DNA of 64,000 nucleotides from the human T2T-CHM13v2.0 reference genome, Homo sapiens, in the NCBI RefSeq assembly GCF_009914755.1, contig NC_060926.1; one strand, 5' to 3'. Positions 1-15,385 of this stretch are shown here, one piece after another (the first letter of the stretch is position 1; every line of letters starts with the position of its first letter). The notes under the pieces were generated by a model. That model searched no databases, was not told the origin of the DNA, and saw only the letters and a list, made by a program, of their open reading frames with translations. The position numbers and the translations under genes were made by a program.

Positions 1-304
<304 letters not shown>

Positions 305-1150
305 AACAGAAAATTCAAATAAGCACATTCAGAAATGATAATGGTGACGTTACAACTGATACCACAGTAACACAAAGATCAGATATTTCTATGTGCTTCT
401 CTATGGACAAAAACTAGGAAATCTAGAGGAAATGGATAAATTCCTGGAAACATACAACCTTCCAACATAAAACCAGGAAGAAAGAGAAGTCATGAACAAA
501 CCAATAATTAGTCATAAACCTGAATCAGCAATAAAAAACTTCCCCCTCCACGCCCAGAAAAACAGCCCAGGATCAGGCAGATTCATAGCTGCATTTTAAC
601 AGGTATACAAAGACAAACTGATACCAATCCTACTGAAGCTGTTCAAAAATATTGAGGAGAGATTCATCCCAAACTCTTCTATGAAGCTGATATTACTCTA
701 ATGAGGCAAGAAAGCAATAACAAAAAGCAAACTATAGGTTAATATCCTCAACAGAATACTAGGCAACAAAATCTAACAGCACATCAAAAAGAATATGCCA
801 CAATTAAATGAGTTTTATTCCATGGATGCAAGAAGGTTTCAACATACACAAATCAATAAATGTGATGCACAATATAAATAGAATTTTTTAAAAACCACAG
901 ATCATTTCAATAGATGCAGAAAAAACATTTGACAAAATTCAGCATCCCTTTATAAACGCCCTTAACAAATTACTCATAGAGGGAACATACCTCAAAGTAA
1001 TGAAAACCATATATAACACACTCACAGCCAACATCGTACTGAATGAGAACAAGTTGTAAGCATTTCCCTTAAGAACTGGGACAAGACAAGGATGTTCACT
1101 TTCACTACTCCTATTCAACAAAGTACTGGAAGTCCTAGCTAGAGCAACAG
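305..1150 (+). mobile_element. L1PB/L1MA-like internal ORF2 fragment (Z domain to RT start), no 3' end
   Basis: Collinear with in-window L1PA 3745-4620: gaaatggataaattcctggaaacatacaacct, atcatttcaatagatgcagaaaaaacatttgacaaaattc, ctggaagtcctagctagagcaa. Confidence 0.85.
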
Positions 1151-1524
1151 TCTTGAATTAGGATTTAAAATTTGGCTTTATAGGAAATTACATATGTAAC
1201 CCCCTATATAATGCACATTTACATGAGAATGTGGATCAAGTCACGACATTGAAATACAGAAGGACAATACAGATAAGAAAAGGCTCAAACTTGCAAGGCA
1301 AATAAATGTAAATTACCCACCCAATTAGTTATATATAAGTACAATATTTGCTGATACCCAGGCAAACATGGGGACTGGAGCGGACCTTCAGCAAACTCAA
1401 ACAGACCTGCAGCTGAGGGTCCTGACTGTTAGAAGGAAAACTAACAAACAGAAAGGACATCCACACCAAAACCCCATCTGTACGTCACCATCATCAAAGA
1501 CCAAAGGTAGATAAAACCACAAAG

Positions 1525-2530
1525 ATGGGGAAAAAACAGCAGAAAAACTGGAAACTCTAAAAATCAGAGGGCCTCTCCTCCTCCAAAGGAACGCAGCTCC
1601 TCACCAGCAACGGAACAAAGCTGGACGGAGAATGACTTTGACAAGTTGAGAGAAGAAGGCTTCAGACGATCAAACTACTCCAAGCTAAAGGAGGAAGTTC
1701 GAACCTATGGCAAAGAAGTTAAAAACCTTGAAAAAAAATTAGACGAATGGCTAACTAGAATAACCAATGCAGGGAAGTCCTTAAAGGACCTGATGGAGCT
1801 GAAAACCAAGGCATGAGAACTACGTGACAAATGCACAAGCCTCAGTAGCCGATTCGATCAACTGGAAGAAAGGGTATCAGTGATGGAAGATGAAATGAAG
1901 CGAGAAGAGAAGTTTAGAGAGAAAAGAATAAAAAGAAACAAACAAAGCCTCCAAGAGATATGGGACTATATGAAAAGACCAAATCTACGTCTGATTGGTG
2001 TACCTGAAAGTGATAGGGAGACTGGAACCAAGTTGGAAAACACTCTGCAGGATATTATCCAGGAGAACTTCCCCAATCTAGCAAGGCAGGCCAATATTCA
2101 AATTCAGGAAATACAGAGAATGCCACAGAGATACTCCTCAAGAAGAGCAACTCCAAGACACATAATTGTCAGATTCACCAAAGTTGAAATGAAGGAAAAA
2201 ATGTTAAGGGCAGCCAGAGAGAAAGGCTGGGTTACCCACAAGGGGAAGCCCATCAGACTAACAGCTGATCTCTCGGCAGAAACTCTACAAGCCAGAAGAG
2301 AGTAGGGGCCAATATTCAACATTCTTAAAGAAAAGAATTTTCAACCCAGAATTTCATATCCAGCCAAACTAAGCTTCATAAGTGAAGGAGAAATAAAATC
2401 CTTTACAGACAAGCAAATGCTGAGAGATTTTGTCACCATCAGGCCTGCCCTAAAAGAGGTCCTGAAGGAAGCACTAAACATGGAAAGGAACAACCGGTAC
2501 CAGCCACTGCAAAAACATGCCGAATTGTAA
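1525..2530 (+). pseudogene. Disrupted L1 ORF1p (RNA-binding, nucleic-acid chaperone)
   Basis: ATG 1525 (atggggaaaaaacag) to TAA 2528-2530. 1006 nt versus canonical 1017, with an early frameshift and internal stops. Track ORF 1880-2305 gives ORF1p peptides (RPNLRLIGVPE, TPRHIIVRFTK). Confidence 0.93.
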
Positions 2531-2593
2531 AGACCATCAAGGCTAGGAAGAAACTGCATCAACTAATGAGCAAAATAACCAGCTAACATCATA

Positions 2594-6406
<3,813 letters not shown>

Positions 6407-6461
6407 ACAATGAGAACACATGGACACAGGAAGGGAAACATCACACACCGGGGCCTGTTGT

Positions 6462-6483
6462 GGGGGTGGGGGAGGGGGGAGGG
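6462..6483 (+). other. G-quadruplex-forming G tract of the L1 3'UTR
   Basis: GGGGG-T-GGGGG-A-GGGGGG-A-GGG; a known feature of L1 3'UTRs. Confidence 0.7.
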
Positions 6484-6641
6484 ATACCATTAGGCGATAT
6501 ACCTAATGTTAAATGACGAGTTGATGGGTGCAGCACACCAACATGGCACATGTATACATATGTAACTAACCTGCATGTTGTACACATGTATCCTCAAATT
6601 TAAAGTGTAATAAAAAAAAAAGAAAAAGAAAACAAAAAAAA

Positions 6642-6870
6642 CACATGTTCCTGATATCCAAATCAACACTATTGATAAAGCCAAAGTCTGGAAGCTACTT
6701 AAGTGCCTATAATATTAGAAAGGGTTAATAATTTGGTCTATCCACAGTTGAATACTACACAGCAATGAAAATGAGCAATTTACTACTGCACGCAATTTTA
6801 CAAACATAATGTTGAGCCAAAGAAACAAAGCAGTACCTACTGTATGATTTCATTTATAGAATATAGAAAA
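6642..6870 (+). mobile_element. Ancient L1ME/MB 3'-end fragment
   Basis: gaatactacacagcaatgaaaatg...cataatgttgagccaaagaa...tactgtatgatttcatttata. Confidence 0.7.
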
Positions 6871-6982
6871 AGGAGCCTTTTTCTATATTCTAGAAGCAAA
6901 GATATTGCTTATGCTCTGTATGCTTCTAGAAGTGAAGATATTGCTTATGCTCTGTAGGTTTAGTGACTTTAGTAGATTTGTT

Positions 6983-7269
6983 TCCAAATCTACAAACACT
7001 CAATTCCCTTATGTAGGTTTATATAGTGTTTGCATATGAACCATGTATATCCTCCTGTATAGTTGAAATCATTTCTAGATTACTGTGTTTATAATACCTA
7101 ATATCATGTAAATGCTATGTAAGTAGTTATACTCTATTATATTTTATTTGTATTATTTTTAGTTATATTGGATTTATGTTTGTTTCCCCATGGACACTTT
7201 AAATCTGCAGTTGAATTTGTGAATGCAGAACCCATGGATACAGAACCTGTAGTTATGGAGGACTGACTG
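6983..7269 (+). mobile_element. MER2 (TcMar-Tigger MITE)
   Basis: tttgcatatgaacc...atcctcctgtata...tctagattac...aatacctaat...atgtaaatgctatgtaa; ends ggaggactgactg. Confidence 0.8.
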
Positions 7270-7469
7270 TGTGAGACACCCAGGAGGGGTTGGATTAACT
7301 AAAGCCATTCTCCTTTTTCCTTTTCATTTTCACATTTCTATCTTAGATAACTAGGTGCCACTAAGAAAAGAAAAAAATCCAAAACTAATATAAATTTTAG
7401 CAAGAAAGGTGATTTTAATTTTGGAAATGTTGAATAGAACTCTTTATGTCATTCCAGGGTTGTGATGTC

Positions 7470-7861
7470 TATTAAATAAAGTTTAGCCTAAAGCTGCCCT
7501 CTTACATATTTTAAGTTCCACCAACAGTTCTCCATACATAATGAACTGTAACAACTGGATGTGTAAACCGACTATAACCTACCCTTGCACTAATCACAGA
7601 GTGGTCAAATCACAGGCAGCCAACTGTTCAAACATGTTCAAAAAGGCAGCCACTGAGCTGTAACCAATTTGGCTGCTTTTGTACCCCATTTCCATTTTCT
7701 CTACATCATACATCACTCTCCTTTTTCTGTCCATAAATGTTATCTGACCATGTAGCAGCCCCGGAGTTGCTCTGCATCTATCGTGGTTGTGGAGGCTGTC
7801 TGATTTGTGAATCATTCTTTACTCACTTAAACTCTGTTAAATTTGTCTTAAGTTTTTAACA
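7470..7861 (+). mobile_element. Solo ERV1 LTR, MER57 family
   Basis: Starts aagtttagcctaaagctgcc, contains gagctgtaaccaat, ends ttttaaca. 4-bp TSD TGTC at 7466-7469 and 7862-7865. Confidence 0.85.
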
Positions 7862-7914
7862 TGTCTTTCTGACATACTTAGGCATATATGGAAATCATGT
7901 TTTGAATTAGACAT

Positions 7915-8544
7915 TGTTGAAATTGACCCAAGCCCTGTGATCCTGAAAAACAGAAGGTCAAAAAATCTTTTCACCTTTTATGTTTTTGGAAATGGCTTAC
8001 TGACAAGAACCATCCTTCCTAAGTGACTTGGATGAGACTCAAACATGCTTCCTTATATGACAAGATCAGACAAGGTTGTTCCAAATTCCCATCCTTTGCC
8101 AGATAAGGAATTAGTAAATTCTTTGTCCCCACTGATCAATCTAAACAAAATGTTTATTAACCAACCTTTGCTTAAGATTGTTTCCTCCAAGTCCTTTATC
8201 TTTGAGTAAACTTAGTCTATGACAGCATACAACCCATCTTTAACAGTCACTTCCAATAGGCTGGCCTCAGGAAAACATTCCCTAATCTGCTGAATCATGA
8301 CACTGTTATTCATCTCACTTCCACATCTGGTTCTTTCGATCTTTGTTTACTCTTTCCCATTAAAAAACAACAACAAAAAACCCTTTTCCCTAACTTTTGA
8401 TAAACTCATATTTTCTGGTTTTAATGTTCTCCCTACTGCAATAGCCCTCATTTTTCTATGACAATAGTCCCTTCCCCCAACCGTTTTCAATAATCCTTCT
8501 GAACAAAGTATCTTACTCAGTTCATATTTATTGTGTATTTGACA
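7915..8544 (+). mobile_element. Solo ERV1 LTR, MER31/MER67-like
   Basis: TG...CA ends (tgttgaaat...tatttgaca) and the ctccctactgcaatag motif typical of the MER31/67 group. Confidence 0.65.
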
Positions 8545-9014
8545 GAGCAATTAACATATAATTGGTATGAGAAAGCAAAAAAGAGAAGAGAATTTTACCA
8601 CGTATGTAAACCCGAATATCATCAATATTTACAACGTAGAATAAGGATAAAAAGTCCAGGAAATGGTTTGGAAAACAAAACAAAACACAGACACCTGAAG
8701 AATACAATGGAAATTGGAGAAATTTATTGAAAAACTTAAGAGATGTGCATCCCTCATCAAAACCAAGATTTTATTCTCTTGTCAGCTAGAAGGGACAATA
8801 AAGAGGGTCTAGGAGGAATCACAAAGTATTTAGCACCTAATAACTGCCAAAATTTCCACTAATTACTCTAGCACTTAACCCTCAGCAAGAACACTCACCA
8901 GTGTAGGTGAGTATGGTGTGGGCTTTGAAGGTCAATAGACCTAGATTTAAATTTAGATATTTCTTAGACACTGATTGACTCAACATAAAAATAGTAACAA
9001 TAAAGTATTAGAAC

Positions 9015-9210
9015 TATTAACATATTGAACGGTTATGTTCTAGGAATGAAACTAAAAACACTTATACTATTGCATCTACTTCCATAGACATTATATGATG
9101 CAGCTATTTTCAATACCTGCATTTATCTATGAAGAAATTGTGGCACAAGGAGGTTTAAAAAGATGCCCAGTCTTATATGATGAATCTGGGATTTGAACTC
9201 AGGCACATCT
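9015..9210 (-). mobile_element. MIR SINE
   Basis: MIR core: atgaagaaattgtggcacaaggaggtt...ctgggatttgaactcagg. Confidence 0.7.
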
Positions 9211-10424
9211 TCCTGGTCACTCAATCCCCTAACTTTTACGTTTGGTTGCTGACTTTTCCAAGTTAATTAAACTCCTTAAATTATCTTCTATTCTATTTTC
9301 TCTTATAGAAACCAGCAAAGAGTACATAGAACAAACATTTTTTTTAGAAGGATTAAATGGGACAATTAAACAATTTGATCAGCATAATGTCCAGCTCAAG
9401 GTAAGGCCTCAATAAATGTGAGCTCTTAATCTTTTGTAAGTGAGAATACCAAGTCTCAGAAAGAAAAATTCCATCAAGGTCATTCAGGTAGCAATTAAAA
9501 TAATTAGGATTCAAAAGCATGTCTTTGTAATCCAAAGTCTGTTATTTTCCACCACAGCTTGCTGTCTCAAATGAGTGAGATAAATCGAATTTTGATTAAT
9601 AAATGAAACAGTGCATTTACTTTTATCATTATGCTTTTTGGGAAAGATTTTAAACTAGTTCTCTTGTGATAAGGGCAGTGAGACCAACAGGACCTTATGT
9701 CATAGAGATTGCTTCTCCATCTGGCATGATTGAGTAAGGATGCAAGACTTTGGAGGAAAATGAAATCACTCTCAGCTGTCACCTTTCTTTCTTTCTTACC
9801 AGTGTTTTACAACATCTGCTGCTGCTCTTTTCACACCCATGGATCTTAATCATTTTTTTTCCAGTTTAAAATTACATTCTTCTCTAGGGGTGTCCTCCTC
9901 ACTCATTGCTAAATAATGCCATTCATGATGTCACACCATATTCTGTTTCTGTCCCTGGTGAGTGGACAAAAACTAAGCATATGTGGAACATTGTGAAACA
10001 GAGATGTCAGAAGCTCTCCAAAGCTGCCTCCAGTGAAGGCCTGATTCCTGAGCCTTGTATAAAAGGAGATTTGATCCAGGATAACAAGAATAGGAGACAC
10101 TGAGGCTTGGAGCTGATTACATGTCCATCCTTTGTGGAAGAATATAGAATACAGCAAACTGAGCTGCAAAGGCCCATCTCAATTGACAAGGTGCCACCTC
10201 AGGCAAGATGTAGAAATTGGATAAAAATCATAATGTATTTATGGGCTGATGGTACAAAATTAGCTGCATTCAATGGAATTTTTAAAGAGAATCATACTTA
10301 CCCTATTTTTTGAGTCCATTAGAACACAAAACCTATAAAAACATTTAATTTGCCATGTGCATGATTTGTGTCAGAGACAAAGTAAAACATGGCATTCATC
10401 TTGGATTTACTTAATGTCTACATT

Positions 10425-10582
10425 TCTCACTAGACTACAAGTTGCATGGTACAGATAATATTTGCAAGTTGTCTTTATTGCTGTTCTATTGCCAAATAGT
10501 AGCAAAATGCCTAGCGTTGTGCTTGGAGCACAGTAGGTGCTCAATAAATGTTTATATAATTAATAAATTGATGAATAAATTC
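10425..10582 (+). mobile_element. L2 3' end
   Basis: ctagactacaagttgcatg...cacagtaggtgctcaataaatg...tgaataaat. Confidence 0.75.
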
Positions 10583-11864
10583 ATGAGCATGAGAAAGGAA
10601 GACTGGAATTAAACAGAAAAGATATATCTTAAGTTAGTGGACTGTTAAAAAAGACAGGTAAAGAGATTAAACAGGATGTTGTGAGTAAAAACTAATGGTT
10701 TACCCAAGTTTCCCACATTTAATACATGTTTGCTTCCTTTACAGGATCTTGGAGGTGGTGAGGCAGCCCAAGTGGAAAGGCAGCAGAAGGGGTATCCTTG
10801 TTTTACCAATTACTCATATGTAGGAGATGGTGCATTAAATGAAATATTCTCTGCTCTCTCCTAACATCTACCCCCTCACACCAAGAGGAAGGCATGTCGC
10901 CTGAACCTTTGCAGTATTCAATTAAAGTTCTATTCACACGGTATTGCAGTTGTTTGCTTATCTTTCTTTCTTATTAGACTTAAAACTTCTGGAAACTAGA
11001 GGCTATATTACTTATTTGCCTCAGAGTCCTGTTGGCCTATCAAATGGCACACCTTCAATCCAAGAATGAATTAATTAAATAAATGTGAAGAAAAAAAAAT
11101 CCAAGTTGCTTATTTTTGTTAAATTTATTTTTCCCCAAAATATTTACTGAGAAAATGACTCTGGGAAGATAGCAGAGTGGAAAGCCCCAGAAATGTGTTT
11201 CCCCACCTAGACAACAACTGTACTGGCAGAATCTGTTTGATGTGACTATTCTGAAGTTCTGAATTGAATAAATATGAAGAAAATACAAAGTGCAAGTCTT
11301 GTTACTTCCAAGGGATGGCTTGCATAGTAAGTTGTTTATTTTGGTGAGTTTCAGCTTTTAATTGATTGGGTAGTGGCTACTCATCCCCATATCCTAGCCA
11401 TGGTAGGAAGCTGTGTGCCTCTTCCTGGAGCAGCTTGTACATGGTTTGTGGGAGCCAGGGTGAACAATAAGGATCCTAACCTCCAAACATCAGGTGTCTG
11501 TGCTCTGATTACTAATTGCTTCTTCTGATTGAAGAGATACAGACACAGGTGAGGAGCCATTGTTTCAATCCTCACTGAAATAGTCATTATTCACAATAAC
11601 CAAAAGGTAGAAACAACCCAAATGTTCATCAACAGATGACTGGATAATCAAATTGTGGTATAGACGTACTGTGAAATATTATTCAGCCTTAAAGAGGAAG
11701 GAAATAATTTTGACACATGCTATAACATGAACAAGCTTTAAGGACATTTTTCTTCATCTAGCTAAAAGACAAACTGTGTAATTCCACTTATACAAGGTAC
11801 CAAGAGTAGTCAGCTTTATAGAGACATAAAGTATACTGATTGGCAGGAGTTTGGGTAAGGAGGG

Positions 11865-12557
11865 TGTATCAGGCCATTCTTACATCGCTATTAAGAAATA
11901 CCAGATATTGGGTAATTCATAAAGGAAAAAGGCTCATGGTTCTGCTGTACAGAGAAGCCTGGTGCTGGCATCTGCCAAGGCCTCGTGAAGCTTTGAATAA
12001 TGGCAGAAGGGACCCTGTGCAGTGGCTCACCCCTGTAATCCCAGTACTTTGGGGGGCCGAAGCTGGTGGATCACCTGAGCTCAGGAGTTCGAGACCAGCC
12101 TGACCAACATTGTGAAACTCCATCTCTACTAAATACAAAAAAAAATTAGCCAGGCATGGTGGTGCATGTCTATAATCCCAACTACTTGGGAGGCTGAGGC
12201 AGGAAAATCACCAGAACCCAGGAGGCAGAGGTTTCAGTGAGCCGAGACTTTGCCATTGCACTCCAGCCTGGAAACTCCATTTAAAAAAAAAAAAAAAAGA
12301 AACAAAAGAAAAGAAAAATAATAATGGCAGAAGACAATGGGGGAATCCAGTGTCTTACATGGTAAGAAGTTGGGGGAGCTGCTACATACTTTTAAAAAAC
12401 CAGGTTTCCTGATAACTCACTCACTGTCGTGAGGACAGCATCAAGAAATGAGGGATCCACCCCCGTGACCCATGACCTCCCACCAGGCCACATCTCCAAC
12501 AATGGGGATTGCAATTCAACGTGAGATTTGGCAGGGGCATATATTCAAGCTATATCA
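11865..12557 (-). mobile_element. Solo MaLR LTR, MSTB-like, interrupted by Alu
   Basis: tgtatcaggccattctt...gtgagatttggcagggg...ctatatca. 5-bp TSD GAGGG at 11860-11864 and 12558-12562. Confidence 0.9.
12010..12319 (+). mobile_element. AluS (Sx/Sq/Sp-like) nested in MSTB
   Basis: Dimeric Alu with poly(A). 14-bp TSD AATAATGGCAGAAG at 11996-12009 and 12320-12333. Confidence 0.95.
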
Positions 12558-14039
12558 GAGGGCATGAGGAGTTAATGTTCAATGGGTATAGAGGGTTCAG
12601 CTTTTGCAAGATGAAGTCAGTTCTGCAGATTAATGGAGATGATGCACAAAAATATGAATGTATTTAACACTATTGACCTGTACACTTCAAATTGATTAAG
12701 ATGGTAAATCTTATGTGTATTTTGCCAAATTAAAGAAATTAAAATTATTTACTGAGCAAAGATTAAACACATAAGAATATTTAAAATTTTATTATAACTA
12801 TATTGATTAGATTTTACTGAGCTTTATACTAAAATATGAGATTATACTAGGCTATGTACTTATACATATTCTATATACTACATATTATAGTCTATATTCC
12901 TCACAGTAAGAGGAGGTAAGTACTGTTTCATTTTGTTAATAAAACAGACCAGAATAGCAAGATAACTCAATAAAGATAATACTGAAGAAGTATCAGGATA
13001 TGAACCAGTTCTTTCCCTAACATCCATTTACCAATAGAAGTGAAACTCAAGTTTAAGTCAAGCTATTAAGTTGCTTATAGTCATTATATCTTTCATTTGC
13101 TGGCATCTTGCCACCACTTCTATAAAACCTTACTCTTGAAAAAAAGTGAGAGGTAAAAGGTAATATTCACAGTCAAAAAGAGCATCATCAGCTACCCAAC
13201 ACATGGGTGCCATTTCAACACCATTCTCCAAAAGACAAAGTAGACATAACTTCCGCTTAGAGAGACAGTTGAATACTTGTCAAACAGCTGCCATAAACCC
13301 ATGGGGTCTGCTACATTGAACAGTGTCATCCTCTGAACATGACTTTCAATGATATCTTTGTATTAAGGCAAAATACGTCAACTGGAAATAACATTTTCAA
13401 CCTTGTTTGAATCCAAATGTCAGTGTGTTTACATGTTCTCTGCTCTTGCCTATGACACTGGCATCTTAGTGCATGAGCTGACATATATTTTGTGGTCATG
13501 CTGGCATGCTACATCAAGGTCCTATGATGAGCAGTTTTAAAATCAAACTTAGAAAATATTGGTGTTTAAAAACTTTTCTATTTGTCCAGAGGATATTTTC
13601 TTAAATATAGAAAAAAAGGAAAAAGATCAGGAAATACTAAGTATCCTTTTCTCGAAGAAAAGGAAAAAAAATCTATAGACTTAAGGTAGGGAAATAAATG
13701 TTTGCCTTAGGTCAATTTAGTAAAATTACAAGACAAATAAATGGCAAAAGGAACATTTTCTGTATTTTTCAAATTTTATTAAGAATAGGTGATATGCTTA
13801 GTCATCACCTGGACTTCTCACCTAAAGCTTTGAATTCCTGTACCATCTCTATCTCCCTTCCTTCTACCCCATTTCCTTCACATTACACTACTAGAAAGAA
13901 AAAAAAGGCAAAGTAGTAGACCTAAGGAGTAAGAACAAGTGGAGCAGTAAGCAGAAGGAGAAACTAAGGTTAAAGGCAGAGATGTTAGAGCTTGTTTATT
14001 TGCCAGTGGAAATGGTTTAGTAGAGAAGAATGTGATGAT

Positions 14040-14041
<2 letters not shown>

Positions 14042-14071
<30 letters not shown>
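14042..14071 (+). repeat. Poly(A)30 homopolymer
   Basis: 30 consecutive A immediately left of the MLT2 LTR. Confidence 0.95.
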
Positions 14072-14073
<2 letters not shown>

Positions 14074-14571
14074 TGTCTTAGTCAGAGTTTCCCAGAGAAA
14101 CAGAACCAACACAGCAAGGAATTGACTCACATTAGGGAAGCTGAGAAGTCCCAAGATCTGCAGATGGCAAGCTGTAGACCTAGAAAAACTGATGTGTGTT
14201 TCAGTCCTAAGTCAAATGCATACGATCTAGGAGACTTGACAGCTTAAGTTCCAGGCTGAAAACCAGCAGCCTCGATATCCAAGAAGAGCCAATGTTTCAG
14301 TTAGAATTTGAAGCCTGGAGAAGACCAAAGTCCAGCTAAAGCAGTCAGGCAGCAGGAGTTCCCTCTTATTCTGCCTTTTTGTTCTATTCAGGTCTTCAAC
14401 TGATTGGAAAAGGCCCACCCACAGTACAGAGGGCAATCTGGTTTATTCAGTCTACTGATTCCAACGTTAATTTCATCCAGCAAAAACCTCACAAACACCC
14501 AGACTCATATTTAACCAAATATCTAGGCATCAGTGGCCCAGTCAAGTTGATACATAAAATTAATCATTGCA
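14074..14571 (-). mobile_element. Solo ERVL LTR, MLT2B-like
   Basis: tgtcttagtcagagtttcccagagaaacagaaccaa...gcccagtcaagttgatacataaaattaatcattgca. Confidence 0.88.
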
Positions 14572-15024
14572 AGAGATAGATGAAGGATCTGGGAAGATAA
14601 AATTCAGATAAAATACAGAGCACTAATAAACAGATTGGCCCTTCCTAGGAAGAGAAACAGTTTTTCCATTTTAATAGGTGGAAATCAGAGATGATGGCAA
14701 AGGCAGATAATGTATAATGTGGAGTTTTATGGACTGGAGAAACAAGTCAGAAAAACCAAATACAGTGTGGGAATTTTATGCTATTAAGCAAACTTTGTAT
14801 TTTTGGGGTTTCATAATTGTATTATATTTAAAACAAGCTCTTTTCTATTGACTATATATAAATACATTTTATAGATAAAATATGTCTTGAATTTGAATTA
14901 AGATATTCCAGAAAAATTATGTACTGCTAAAATTTAGGGAATGTGTTGAATATAGAAGTGAAATGTAAAAGAAGATATTAATAGATCCTAAGAGCTCATT
15001 TAAAGGATTTGACTTTGTCCTGCT

Positions 15025-15385
15025 TGGTAATCAATCTATAATGATTCCTGCCTCCTGGAACTTTTACCCTGTCCCTTTCCATGTTATACTAGTATAGCAT
15101 ATTGCCGACTTGAAGACGCCTCACTTCTCAGATTAGGCTATAAATGTCTTAGGTGTTCTCATGTTTGTTCCCTCTTGCTCTGGTCACTTGCTTTGTGGGA
15201 AACAGCTTCAACATACAACGTTGCTGTTGTGGCTTAATTAATAAGAAACTGAACTCTCTGATAGCCGTGGAGGAGAGCTAAGTTCTGCCAACAATTTTAT
15301 GAATAAGCTCAAAGTTGATCCTCCAGTCCCAGAAAACTGTAGCCCCAGCCTAGAGTCTGACTGTACCTCAGAGATCCTAAGCCAG
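15025..15385 (+). mobile_element. MaLR LTR fragment, MLT1F-like, 3'-truncated
   Basis: aatgattcctgcctcctgg...tcacttctcagattaggctataaa...ctgtagccccagcc...gagatcctaagccag. Confidence 0.65.

Larger units (their letters stand above)
11152..12745 (+). mobile_element. Old L1M (L1MB-like): 5'-end segment (about 11152-11575) joined to 3'-end segment (about 11580-11864 and 12563-12745), interrupted by MSTB and Alu
   Basis: 5' part gggaagatagcagagtggaaagcccc...ccccacctagacaacaactgtactggcagaatctg. 3' part ttattcacaataaccaaaaggtagaaacaacccaaatg...taagatggtaaatcttatgtg. Flanking direct repeat TATTTACTGAG at 11141-11151 and 12746-12756. Confidence 0.75.

Noticed and set aside
7630-7639. p53 half-site AAACATGTTC in MER57
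   Set aside because: Single half-site only, no adjacent second decamer.
10725-10800. Possible plus-strand exon after ttgcttcctttacag
   Set aside because: Plausible acceptor, but no convincing donor or recognisable coding sequence.
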